A stretch of DNA of 63,633 nucleotides, filler included, from Circinaria calcarea (Eukaryota): assembly GCA_051942165.1 (NCBI GenBank). It is 9 parts of 9 records of this genome, joined end to end, with 100 filler letters (N's around TTAATTAATTAA, not from the genome) between each part and the next. Parts side by side here need not be neighbours in the genome. Positions count along the whole stretch, not along the records: positions 7,090 to 14,074 come from JAVECS010001438.1; positions 14,175 to 21,157 come from JAVECS010001439.1; positions 21,258 to 28,240 come from JAVECS010001440.1; 6 more parts are not named here. The stretch is one strand, 5' to 3'. The notes under the pieces are model-generated. The model was not told where the DNA came from and searched no databases. It worked only from the letters and a program-made list of their open reading frames with translations. Position numbers and translations under genes: made by a program. Below are positions 11,333-22,981 of the stretch, one piece after another; position 1 is the first letter of the stretch, and each line of letters opens with the position of its first letter.

Positions 11333-12110
11333 AACGAGGTACGAGAGGGTTACTCCAGACGACAACAGTCTTTGTCGGTAATAGGGTGTGCATCGATCCT
11401 TTCCTCAAGAGGGGTAAGTTGGTCCTAAGGGTTCGCCCATAAATCGGCATGGCGAGGTTAGGGTCCATTAAGCGGCAGTGTAAAAGGGGTACACAGAGTA
11501 GCTAAGGGTGTTTATATAGCAAAAGGTGGAAAGATGTTCAGATGCGTGCGGCTCATTGGATTAGAAAGATAGATATCGTACGGCTAGTAAATAAGTTCCT
11601 GAGACCAGGAATAGTGCTTTGGGGTTAACGTTCGGACTATACATATCAGACTAGCGTTGCGTATACTTGGAAAGTGTCCACAGGGGCCGCCATTTCGACT
11701 GAAAGCGTACCCCTTCGGTACCTCTGTCCCAGCAGCCATAAAAACTCCCCCGGGGCCCCTGAAACCCGGAGCCCTTCCATATCTGACCGGGGGAAAAGGA
11801 GTAAGCCTGGAGCTCTACCGTACGTGGGCCAAGATTATTCCATCGGGGTCGCCGACAGCCGAGTACCAGCTGTTGGAGATTCTATTCTCTTCCCCACAGA
11901 GACGGATTAGCTATCTTCACCTGTAAGGATCTCTACGCGAGAACCCCTACGAACCCTACGGGTGAATTATACACCGAAGTCACGAGGTATTAACTTAGCG
12001 AGAAAGGTTTTCTCGCGGAGCGTTACACGAGAAATCTTTAGCAGTAATTCATACGCTTATGCGAACCAATTGAGCTCATTATTACACAATTTACCGACCC
12101 TTATTCGTGG

Positions 12111-12179
12111 GATCATTATACTATTCGTAAAGGATCCTTACATAAGATCATTATACTATTCGTAAAGGATTCTTATAGA
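12111..12179 (+). repeat. 35-bp tandem duplication in a TA-rich degenerate region
   Basis: GATCATTATACTATTCGTAAAGGATCCTTACATAA (12111-12145) followed by GATCATTATACTATTCGTAAAGGATTCTTATAGA; first 25 bp identical. Confidence 0.85.
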
Positions 12180-12763
12180 GGGGAAGCGGAGGAAGAGGGT
12201 ATAAAGAAGAAGGAAAAAGTACAAAGATAAAGGATTTCATTCACAAGCGGAGTGCGCACACGAGAAGTCTAACAGACAGAGCTTTGCGGGTAAATATCAA
12301 CATAAAGATTATTAGAGCAAAGCTATAGATTTGGATTTCACGTATAGGCATGCTTATAGCGCCTACTGCCGTTAATCTTTTCATATTGCCAATTGCTGTA
12401 CCTTTGGAGCAGTAAATCGAAGATATCTTTTCCAGAGATGTCAGCGGCCATTTACTCGACTTAAAATGGCAGTAATCAATGGCTAACCCGTATAATCTTA
12501 TAATAAAACCGAATCCAACGCCAGAATCAGCTGTAGAAAAAATCTCCACTGTCGAGAAAAAAAAATGCTGATAACCAAAGCAAATTTGACTAATGGTTCA
12601 GGAACCAGCCGGAAAAATCGATATGATTTAAATATTGCTCCTTCTATGGCTTCCAAGCGGGCGGAAATTATTACCTCGACTCCAAAGCGCTCTATTGAAC
12701 GGCCGCGCAGTATAGCTCCTCCAGGCGTAGCTTGCCTTATAAACTAGTGATGGTGCGTATCTA

Positions 12764-14074
12764 TTATCCTGTTAAAGGTGTCATATACGTCCCCCCGTAG
12801 CTTTGTAGCAACTTTTCGATTTGATGATACATTTTGAGCATATGACTCAAATCCGCTATGCTGATATCCCACTCCTTTATCTCCATGTTCCTTTCAATCT
12901 TTAAACGCATGTATAACGCACAATCCAATGGCGTGCCAAATGTCATGGACCTCGCAGACGAGTTGTAGCACCAGAGGTAATTGTTATATAGCATCTTGTC
13001 TCGTGGTGTCTTATACTTTGTGTTAGCCTTGAGACGATGCTTCCGATTCATTTTGCTCTGGTCAGCGTCTTCTCGGAAAACGTTGGGCTTAACTCCACAT
13101 TTCAGCAAGACATCCACAACGCTGGGGAAGCCAGCGTAAGCGACATAGTGCAGTAAGGTGCCTCCCTCCTCGTCGACTTGCTCCAGCATCCCAGGATGTG
13201 TGACCGGGAAGGAAGATAGGACGTGTTTCTGGATTATAGACTTTATCTGATATTCAAAGAAGATCGAATGTGCGCGATCATTCCGAGACATCACATCCAA
13301 AATGCGATGCTGTCTCACAAGCACGGCAATAACGTTTAATCCGAGGATGTGTTCGGTGGGTTGGGCCCCAGCTCCTAATAAGATATCGACCACATCTAGG
13401 GATGAATAGGCTGCTGCTGCCAAGGGTGTTTCCCTGCTTAAGAAGTCGTGAACTGGTCTAGCACCATTGTCAAGCAGAACTTGGGCGATCAGAGGGAGCC
13501 TTTCTGGTTTCACTACGGGATCTAGGCTTTGAGGCAATTGAGCAAGTGCAGTGAGACCTTGATCGTTCCTGATGTTAGGGTCGGCGCCGCATTGCAACAA
13601 TGCAACAACAGCATCGAGGTCACCTTTGCGGACAGCTAACATCAGAGGCGTAAAACCTCCCCGGTTGTCCCTAGGGAACTTTGTATAGTCCAAGCACTTT
13701 GTCAGAATGTCGATTTGGCCACCCATTGCCTGTAATGCTTCTATCGTTTGGCGAATGCTGCTTTGGCGATTTGCAGAGGATCCGCTAAACGCAGGATACC
13801 ACAATCGAGTATTAGAGAAAGTCCGACCAACCCAGTTGTATTCTAGGCGATGGAATGGTGTATAGCCCTCCTCGTCGGTCTGCGAAACATCCACGGTGTT
13901 GTTATGCAGAGCGATGATGGCTCGCAGAGTTTGCCAGTCGTGGTTCGCTGCGGTTATATCCAGCATACTAAGACCTGCAACTGGGCTAGCCGGAAAGGAG
14001 TAGTCACCTTGGCCTTGCTCTCCATACACCTCCATATCCCGTACGTTCGTATCATCAAAGTAAGGATCGACATG
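12764..14074 (-). CDS. Ankyrin-repeat protein, C-terminal part (open to the contig edge, 5' truncated)
   Basis: GYTPFH, GGFTPLMLAVRKGDLDAVVALLQCGADPNIRNDQGLTALA, ETPLAAAA, GGTLLHYVAYAGFPSVVDVLLKCGVKPN, GTPLDCA; frame stays open from 14035 to 14074. Confidence 0.88.
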   Translation of the reverse strand, partial: HVDPYFDDTNVRDMEVYGEQGQGDYSFPASPVAGLSMLDITAANHDWQTLRAIIALHNNTVDVSQTDEEGYTPFHRLEYNWVGRTFSNTRLWYPAFSGSSANRQSSIRQTIEALQAMGGQIDILTKCLDYTKFPRDNRGGFTPLMLAVRKGDLDAVVALLQCGADPNIRNDQGLTALAQLPQSLDPVVKPERLPLIAQVLLDNGARPVHDFLSRETPLAAAAYSSLDVVDILLGAGAQPTEHILGLNVIAVLVRQHRILDVMSRNDRAHSIFFEYQIKSIIQKHVLSSFPVTHPGMLEQVDEEGGTLLHYVAYAGFPSVVDVLLKCGVKPNVFREDADQSKMNRKHRLKANTKYKTPRDKMLYNNYLWCYNSSARSMTFGTPLDCALYMRLKIERNMEIKEWDISIADLSHMLKMYHQIEKLLQSYGGTYMTPLTG

Positions 14075-14174
14075 NNNNNNNNNNNNNNNNNNNNNNNNNN
14101 NNNNNNNNNNNNNNNNNNTTAATTAATTAANNNNNNNNNNNNNNNNNNNNNNNNNNNNNNNNNNNNNNNNNNNN
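14075..14174. other. Artificial contig linker
   Basis: 44 N + TTAATTAATTAA + 44 N. Confidence 0.99.
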
Positions 14175-14953
14175 TAGGCCGAAAAGCGTAAAAAAACTAA
14201 ACCCTTTACGGCCACTTTAAGTGTTCTGCTGAGACTCCGGTAGAATTTTGCTCGGATCGGACCGGGTCGTGCCCAGATTTATAACCCTTCAACTTCGTTC
14301 CTCGTTTCAGGGCACGCAGCAACATGGAATGTCAGGGTCAGCGGTGAAACCTCAGTTCATTATATTGCTATGGAGTAAATCAGTAGACTACATTACAGTC
14401 ACCTATGACTACGCCATTATGGCACTGGCGGTAGCTGGTCGCTGGGAACTCCGACCATTTCTCGGGTTCGCTTCCTGCAAACTACCTGATTTCGCGCAGC
14501 GGCATATACATCAAAGGGAGCGGACCTACAGATATTCAAGCCATAGTGTGTCTATTTTACCTCCTAAGTCGGTGGAATAATTTGCCAAGACGGTCAGGCT
14601 AGAAAGTCCGGAGGCATTTCTTGGAGTGGGTCAGTGGGTTTGGTATATCCAGATAAGGTAGCTAGCTGGCAGCCTTAGACAGCTCGTAAAGTTTGCCCTC
14701 ACGTTTATATATATCGGATAATGATACTGTGGTGTTGAAATACGGGTGGGACTGTGCATGGGAATTGACGTGGAGCGTGTTGGTTGGGGGTGTTAAAACT
14801 AGTAGGAGATATGCGTGGAAGATGGTTATAAGTGCTACTGGAACTAGATGTGCTCCTCGGCTCCTTTGACCACGGTAGTCTTTATCGAAACGCATTGCAT
14901 TGGTAGTTCGAATGACGATCAGGTCTTTATCAATGCTTAACATAAAGCTAGAC

Positions 14954-17900
14954 TTAGTTTTCATCATCCTCGATTTCTATAGGACGGTGCTCCCCTTCAC
15001 CTGCCCTCCCGAAAGAAGTAGCGCCAAATTCTGCTCGGAGCTCTGCCTTATCGATGATACCACGCTCAAGTGGGGTGCTGTCCACGACCAACATTATTGA
15101 GCGTGTACAATCTGCTTTTTGACCTAGTCTCGAGGCGCGAAACTCCGTTTGAACCTCATCAGTCTGGACGAAGTCTGGCTCAAAAAGGATGACTTTGGAT
15201 GCCGAGGTTAATGTGTACCCTGTTCCAATCAACTTCTTCGTGCTCACTATAAATCTAGGTCGAAATTGTGGGAAGAGCAGTTGGCCGGCGTCGTCTCTCT
15301 GTTCTTGGAAGGCATCGACCATGTCTTGTCTCTCATCAAAGGTATGTCCAGCATTGAAGTACGCAACAGTCTCGTTCATTTTGTGTTTAAGCCACTTTGA
15401 ACTCGTCAGCTATATTCTCGGCCAGTAGCCTAAACCCCTTATAACACTGGAAATAGATTCCAAGGGGTCATTGAGTATATTTACTCACTAGAGCAATTAT
15501 TTTTGCTACCGGGCCAAACCGTGTAGCAATCACCAACTTTTCGTCGGGCTTCAGATTATCGCACCCTTCCTTTAAAACACTCCTGATACAATCCTTCAAC
15601 CAGGCAATCTTCACACTCTTTTGGGTGATTTGATCGAGATACGGAAGATAGGGGCTGGTATCATCTCGATCATAGCCCTTCGCCATCATTTCTGTCGTGG
15701 TGAACTCGGGGCCACATTCATTTTCAAGAGTTAGTAAGCCAGGCAAACTTGTACAGATACGGCTTTTCGACATCGAGTCGTACATATGCTCTTTTGTATT
15801 CGCCGGTTTATCTTTAGGCTTCGATCCCTTTGCGCGCCAGATATTCATAGCGCTGTTCATCTTTCTAATCGCTGCTGTTGTATCTCTATCAAATAGCTTG
15901 AGGAGAAGGCGCTTGTAGGTGCTGTCTATTTGGAGGGAAACTACTTTCTTATAGTGCGGAGGTAGATAGACCATCAGTTGACCGAACCATTTCGACTTAT
16001 GCATTGTACGCCTTAACATCATGATTTCAAGTATTCTTTGGAACTCCAAGGCTATGTCCTTGAACTCCTGTCTGTTGCGGCTGGTGAGCGCCCTCGTGTA
16101 CTTCGCTTGCGAAATTGCGATTTTCTCGGACGTACAAAGTTGTAATTCTGGTCTTTTTTGGATGTCGTAACTTTGTTCCAAGACTCCGATATATGCTTGT
16201 ATGTCGGCAGGTCCCATTTCTATAGGTGTCCCAGAAAGGAACCACTTGTGTGAACTATGATAATTGAGCCGAAGGATTTCAATGGTCGTAGTGCCGTCCT
16301 TCTTTTCTTCGTGTATTTCATCCCTCACGCACATTCAATAACTTATTCCAAGGCAGACGTCGCCCTCTTCGTACGCTGCGGGAGGGGAGCCGTTAGTTAG
16401 TTCGCTCTGTTCAGTGTATTCGAACTTTTGTGCCAGTTGGCTTTTGAAGGATAACGGCGAAGTGAGGAGTAGGAATCGACTCTGGGAGACCTTTGCTTTG
16501 CCGTATTCATTCCATCTGAGCTCTTTGATATCCCCAGCTGTTAATGGTGCGCGTTTACCGATTTGCCCGTGACAAACTCGAACCTGGAAATTAAGGTTTG
16601 TAAAGTCAATAGCTTTTTTGATCTCGGCGAGCCAATTAATAATCAGCTTTGCCGGCGATATAATAAGGCAAGGGCCTGGCTTGGGTCGCATGTTTTCAGC
16701 AGGACTACCGGCGACACAAGGGCAGGAGAACCTAAACCAGTGACTTTTCGCTGCAGTCGGACACGTAGCACCCGAAGGTTGCGGATGTGTTCTGGTGTGC
16801 TTTGCTAAATGTACACCGTCCTTGGCTGCCCACGATTTATCGATCTCGTGGAATATTAGGTCAAGCCATCGAATAACTACACGCAGTGTGATTATATCTC
16901 GCGTCTAAGCTGTGTTAGCGAAACACACGATCTTACCGTCTGAAACTTAATACCTTGCCTAACCCATTTCGTCGGACAAAACCCGCCTCCGTTCGCTATC
17001 TGCGTCTCAAGCATCCAAAATACTTCGTAAAGTTGCCATAAAAATACCGGAAGTTTCATTCCGGGTACAGTATAGACGTCGGTGGGATCGGTACGCTTCC
17101 TATCGATTCTGAAGAAATCACAGCATCTATACCATCTTTTATGTCCGCCTGCTCACACGCGTCACAATCTTTAAGGGCCTTGAATCTATGGCTATTTGTT
17201 AGTTTGACTAATAACAAATATATAATGTAGTACTCACCTATTCTCCAGGTCGCGCTTGTCTATCTCAGTCCCAGTGCTCGTGTCAACTAAATCCCCCTTG
17301 TTATCGTCACTGTCAGGCATGGTATCATCCTCAGGGTTGACTAAAAGCTTCGGCTGAATGCCCTGATGTGGGATACTTTCGCGACTGCGGCACCTTCGCT
17401 TGTATGTTAGGTCTCTGCTGTTAGTTCGGCCGCCAACGCTTTCCGTACCTGGCGAGCAGGAGGGTGACCTTCGCCGTTTCCCGTACGATTTCGGCCGGGC
17501 GTTCTGGCCGTCATCGTCATCTTCAGCCTCTGTCAAAGGAGGCAGTAGATGAGAGCGAGCTTGAATTAAGTCATTGGGTATATCTGAGAAGCTCAAATTC
17601 GCTGCGGGTTGCAAGAATGCGCGGCGCTCTGGTGTTGTAGCCTTAGTAGAAGATGACTTATGTAGGAGACCCGGTGGTGATGGCGTCTTGAGCGAGTTGG
17701 GTTCCTCTTCAATACTGGGCAAGCCTCCCGCATCTATGGTTCTGAGAAGATTGATAGGAGCAATATACGGTTCGAGTGGATTGGCGCTCCCCGATTCAAG
17801 CTTTTCGCTAGCATCGCGAGCATTATACGGCTGAGCAGTGGCTTCAGCGGTTTGAGTCGGTACGTTCTGGGTTAGCAAAGATGACTGCGAGCGTGGATCT

Positions 17901-18899
17901 TTGACTGCCTGCGGTGAAGCATTAACGACGGGTTGCACTATCCTCTCAGTAGCGGGAGGTATCCCGAGGTCGTGATCAGTTGGAACCGTGGGTATTTCTG
18001 CACTACCAGATGACAAGTAGGGCGTGGTATCAAAGAGCTTAGGCTCCTCTTTGGCTGAGATACATTAGTAATTCCCCAGGTGCTATGGCCTTTGATTGTG
18101 ACTTACGACGTCGTTTCTCTCTGATTCGGAATTTTGCCATCGGATTTCTCAACCACCACTGTTGGTTAATTGTCATAACTAGACTATCGTCATCACACAC
18201 AGTGATTGCGAGGTCGTCATTTAGCCATATCAACCGCTTCGATTTTTCATTGAAGTTCAGCTGATCTTTGAGTTTTCCTAGGAGTTGAGCCCAGGACAAA
18301 TGTTCTAACACTTCTGCAGAATTCTTATCCGCGCCTGGATGTAGAACATGGCTCACGAGGCAGGAAACATTCTCCGTGTCGCTATCGTCGGTCGAATCCT
18401 GCAACACCACAACTGGATACTCTCGCTTCAACCTTGGCCTGGGTTCATATTGAGGCACGGACAGCGATTGTCTGCCAGATAGAGATAGCGCGGGTGTCGG
18501 TGAATGATGCCTTCGTTGCTCAATATCGTCACCGTCTTCTTCTAGCATATGTCTCTCATTTCTTCTGTGCTTGACACTTTCCGCCTTCGCAAGCGCTCTG
18601 AAAGCCTTGGAACACAAACCTTGATGTACAGAAGACACTCTGTTGGTGATGGCACTGTTTTCGTCCATCACCTTTTGGACAACATAATCTAAGGCACCCC
18701 TTGCATGAACATCTTCTCTGAAGTTTTTCCCAAGAATCCTAGCTTTCTTCATGTATGCTGCCAACTGTGCCGTGATAGCATTCTCCTCCGATTCAGAGCA
18801 CCGTAGGCTGCTGGCTATGTTCGTGGCACTTCCCTCTCCCTCTGACAATGACGTGTTGCAAAATAATGTTCTTGGAATTGGAGTGGATGAGGATTCCAT
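14954..18899 (-). pseudogene. Divergent SNF2-family (SF2) ATPase gene with frameshifts and an in-frame stop; 4 introns
   Basis: Introns 18055-18106, 17192-17237, 16905-16953, 15395-15488. Motifs: Q-like LWQLYEVFWML, Walker A GGGFLSDEMGLGK|T (needs 2 added bases), Ia CLIISPAKLIINW, II DEIH, III FLSGTP, IV KLVIATRF, V IGTGYTLTSASKVILFEP, VI QTEFRASRLGQ. TGA at 16335-16337. Confidence 0.8.
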
Positions 18900-21157
18900 T
18901 AGTGGTCAGATACAGGCCGTAGAGGTTATGAGGCAAAGCCTGGTGCGATTGTTGGATATGTTCGGGTCCTGAATTGGAGATTTTCGCCTGGGTAGCGCTT
19001 TATGGTTTAGATGATGAAAGATGCCACAGAACTCGAATTAGTTACATTTATCAGTACAGCCGTCCCACGCTCAGTTCCTCGCAGGTCGTAAGGTGAGGGT
19101 TTTAGACAGCGGAAGTGGATTTCAAACAGTGATGAAAAGGATTGCCGTCTCTATGGTGAGTTGATTAGCATCTGATTTTGATAACGGAGTACTGTGGGTA
19201 AGATAGAAGGAAAGGAGGCAAGCTTCATTGGAGCTGAATTGGTCTGTGCTTTTCGGTTGACAATGTGCGAAATTTCAGAGTTATCAGATGACAGGGTAAC
19301 GTATGATGGACGCTCGACTATGCATGACACATCACTATGAAGGGTCTCACGGAGTGCAATCAATATGATCAAAGGTGCAGTTTCTGGAGATGGGTTGCTT
19401 GAATAAGGAGGCACTTCAAATGGTGAAGTTGGCTGGTGCTGATCCCTTGGCCGCATATGAGGAATTTCAGATTGGTCAGAGGTGTCAGATGGCAGGGTAG
19501 AAAAATGTCGGATTCATTAGGTGTACTAAACTGAACAGCATGGCAATTTGCGACCTCGTATCAAAGCTCCGCATGCCCCTTCAAGGTTACTTCGTCAGTT
19601 ATCTTACAGGTCGCAGTTAACACCTAAGAACGCATAAGAATTAAGAGAAGGCTCATTAGTTGAATTTAATAAATTCATACTTCGTCAAGATTAGTAGGTA
19701 TGTTAGAACTGGCAGATGGGTCAGATTTGGTAGACGTGTTAGAGAACACGGATACATCAGATTTTAATAGACAAAGCGTTTATTATACAAACTCGAGAGC
19801 ATGCAAAGGGGCTGGGGTGGTAAAGGTCCCGCAATAGGCGGATATCAATCGTAGACAGTGAGCTCTAAGAGATAGATAAACATACATGACTATGGATTAA
19901 ATACAGGCCGTTGGTAGGAATCCTCCCCTGCATTCTCGTTATCCTGACTTCATTTATTCATTCCTCCCACCCAGCCACGCTTGTGCAACTGCCATCTAGA
20001 CGCGGTTCTTCAAATAGCTCGGTCGATTCTCCAATCTTTGTTGCTGGGGTGTACAAGGCCTTCGCACTGTATAAGTGACAGCAGGGTTCTTTTCTTGCTA
20101 TGAGGCCGATCACGCATCTTCGGTTTCCTTGGCTTTCTGGAGTTAGAGCGGCACTTGACCAAATATTTCACGTTTTGCTTCAATGCTCTGAGGTGGCGTC
20201 GGAGCGTTTACCATCGGTGCCTGTACCCATAATTCGCTCTATCACGGATTCAATAAGGCTTGTTATGGAGGTCTCTCACAAAGCATGAATCTGTCAAGGT
20301 GCCGGGAATACACGAGTAATCGGCCATAAGATTTTGCGCAACATATCGATTTGTTGAGAGTCTGCTACGATCTAATTAAAAGTGTGAAATAACGGAGGTG
20401 GAATAGGCTTTATATTGGCTATGGTAACTACCACTCTATATGTATGAACTTCACTATAGAATTATATAGAAGAAAACCATATGTTATGTATGCGCTCGGT
20501 GGTGAGTTCAACCGGTCCGAATACTAGTTCCTCCACGTGTAGAACCCCTATTCTTGACAAATAGGTTCATCGGCTTACTTCGATTGCCGTCTCAACCGTG
20601 ATGTTAGCTTGGACGTTGAGTCAGATGTGTTAAGGGTTGATGTCGTACGGGTGAAACAATGGGATGGATTAGATCGAAGGTCTTCCATGGGTGGAGTTCG
20701 TAATAGAGATACGGGTTCTGTTGGGCAGGGGACGCGGCAATTAGGGTAATGTGCGGGCCGGCGTTGTCGAGACTCGCAGATGATGTCGCCTCATGATTTG
20801 CTGTTCATAAGGAAACAAAGCTGGCTGATACAGAATGCAATGTAACCATGGGCCGCAGGTTCATTTCAAAATTTTCTGGATTGATTCTTTCAGTGTGGTT
20901 TGGCCAGCCCACCGCTATGGTAGAATAGTGGCGCCAGCAGTCTCCGACCATTTAGCGCACGGTTGTCGGTGACTCCAGTATAAAGGTTATATGTATGTTC
21001 AGAAGTTGTCTCAGAAACTCAGACTGCTTTTGCTTCGCTGCCGCGTATTTTTCGGAATGGCTGTATATAGTTAGTAGATGCTAAAAATAGCGTGCGCGCG
21101 AAGCGCAGTCTGAGGTATTTGTCCACCTTTTTTGGTGGGGGTTACAACATTGTTATA

Positions 21158-21257
21158 NNNNNNNNNNNNNNNNNNNNNNNNNNNNNNNNNNNNNNNNNNN
21201 NTTAATTAATTAANNNNNNNNNNNNNNNNNNNNNNNNNNNNNNNNNNNNNNNNNNNN
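21158..21257. other. Artificial contig linker
   Basis: 44 N + TTAATTAATTAA + 44 N. Confidence 0.99.
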
Positions 21258-21275
21258 TGCTGACGCAAAGAGCAG

Positions 21276-21742
21276 GTAACAAAATTCTTCGTATCCTCAA
21301 GTCAAACGGTACGACAAAGCCCATTTGAAATGGCTCTGGCAATACATAACTGCCTCTGCTTGGTCTTTGACTGACGGAGTGACTTTATACGACAGGCCTT
21401 GCACCAGAGATACCAGAGGATTTGTGGGTGTCCCTTCAACCCTAGCTGTCTTGGGAATGCCTTACTAATGCTTTTCATACAGATATCAACTGATCAAGAA
21501 GGTAGATCTTTATCCAGATATGCTACAAACATCCTGGTTATCTAGGGAATCTAACAGAACTTTCAAAGGCTGTCGCTGTCCGCAAGCACCTTGACCGCAA
21601 CCGAAAAGACAAAGACTCCAAGTTCCGCCTGATCTTGATCGAGTCACGTATCCACCGTCTGTCCCGGTACTACAAGACCGTCGGTGTCTTGCCGCCTGTG
21701 TGGAGGTATGAGAGTGCGACAGCAAGTACAATGGTCGCATAA
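21276..21742 (+). CDS. RPS13: 40S ribosomal protein S13 (uS15), 3' exons (5' truncated); not in the ORF track
   Basis: Spliced: [84 protein letters not shown]. Confidence 0.96.
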
Positions 21743-22064
21743 AGGGGTTAGGAAACGATATCAGCCCAGTTTCCCACCCGGATGGATTGATAGGGTATCC
21801 TATCCGTAGGGTAGTCCGTCTGAACTGGAGGCTTGTGGAATAGTTCTATGTCATAAAAAGGTCAACTTTCAGTAGATCAAACTCATTCATCCAAACTTGA
21901 ATAGTAATGTGCACGACTGTGATTGATTCTTACTGCCGGTTGCTTGGGTATGTCCCATGCAACTGAAGACACGCCATTCCAGCCATGGTGATTTACATGT
22001 AGCCATATGATTAGCTACCAGACGCCATCGCTATGCGTGGTATATGAAAGAATTGTCGAAGCCT

Positions 22065-22740
22065 TCATACTGCACCTTGCACAAATTCCAACTCCCTACT
22101 TCTCTGCAGCAAGTATTCCCCTAGCACACGTAACGGGTCTTCCGGCCTATACGCCCTCCGGGGTTAGCCTTGTATATTCGTTTGAAGCCCCTACCTTTCT
22201 AATAAACATAACGTACTGTTCCAATGCCAGCCGTTTCATACCCTCCAACAGCACACCCGTAACTTTCTCATTTAGATACCGTCTGACTGGCGCACCATGG
22301 GGCACCGCTTTCAGAGGTAAAGGTACCGGCTCCGGGATGCCATTTGTACTTCGGACAGGGGTTGCATTTCGGACAGGTTGCGGAGTGGAGACGGACGCTG
22401 AGTATTGGGGAGTTGAGGCAGATGCCAGATTTTGAAGGCCGGGGGATGGCTGCAGTCACAGTCAGATAACTTCATGATGGGATTCATAGGTTGGGGAGGA
22501 TGGTACAACTGCGTCTGCCATGGGCGTATCCTGTGGTTCTAATTTTGGGGCGAGAGTTGGGAGGGTAGGCTGGGGCAAGATCGGTGTATTTGCGGGCTCT
22601 GGCGCATTGATGGGCTCTTGCGTAAATGTGGACTCTGGTGCATTGCTGGGTTCTTGTGTGTTGCTTGGTTCTGGTATGGTGTTGAGCTCCTGTGCAATTG
22701 GGACTACAGCTACCGTATCGTCGACCGTTTCTTCCGCCAT
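22065..22740 (-). CDS. SDC1: COMPASS subunit Sdc1/Cps25 (Dpy-30 motif); 2 introns
   Basis: Spliced C-terminus PHGAPVRRYLNEKVTGVLLEGMKRLALEQ|PEDPLRVLGEYLLQRSRELE; Pro/Glu-rich N-terminus with degenerate 6-aa repeats (PEPSNT/QEPSNA/QEPINA/PEPANT). Confidence 0.88.
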
Positions 22741-22825
22741 AGTTGTGATGCACTGCGCTGTATTTGAAGTGCCCCTACGAGTGTCAATGCCAGCTCCAAT
22801 GACGTGCCTGATAGCGCGCCAAATT

Positions 22826-22838
22826 ACGCGACGCGAAA
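22826..22838. promoter_or_regulatory. Tandem MCB/SCB-like elements in the short divergent SDC1-FAN1 promoter
   Basis: ACGCG-ACGCGAAA within a 241-bp head-to-head intergenic region. Confidence 0.35.
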
Positions 22839-22981
22839 TCAATTGTCGTCTATCATCGACAACACACAGATGGCAGTCCTGCAGCCTAGACATGGAGGGT
22901 GGTACAAAGTCCATACTCGAGCGTTCTTTCATCGAGAGATGAATAGAACAGTGAAGCATAGAAAGTGTGGGAGCGTGAAAA

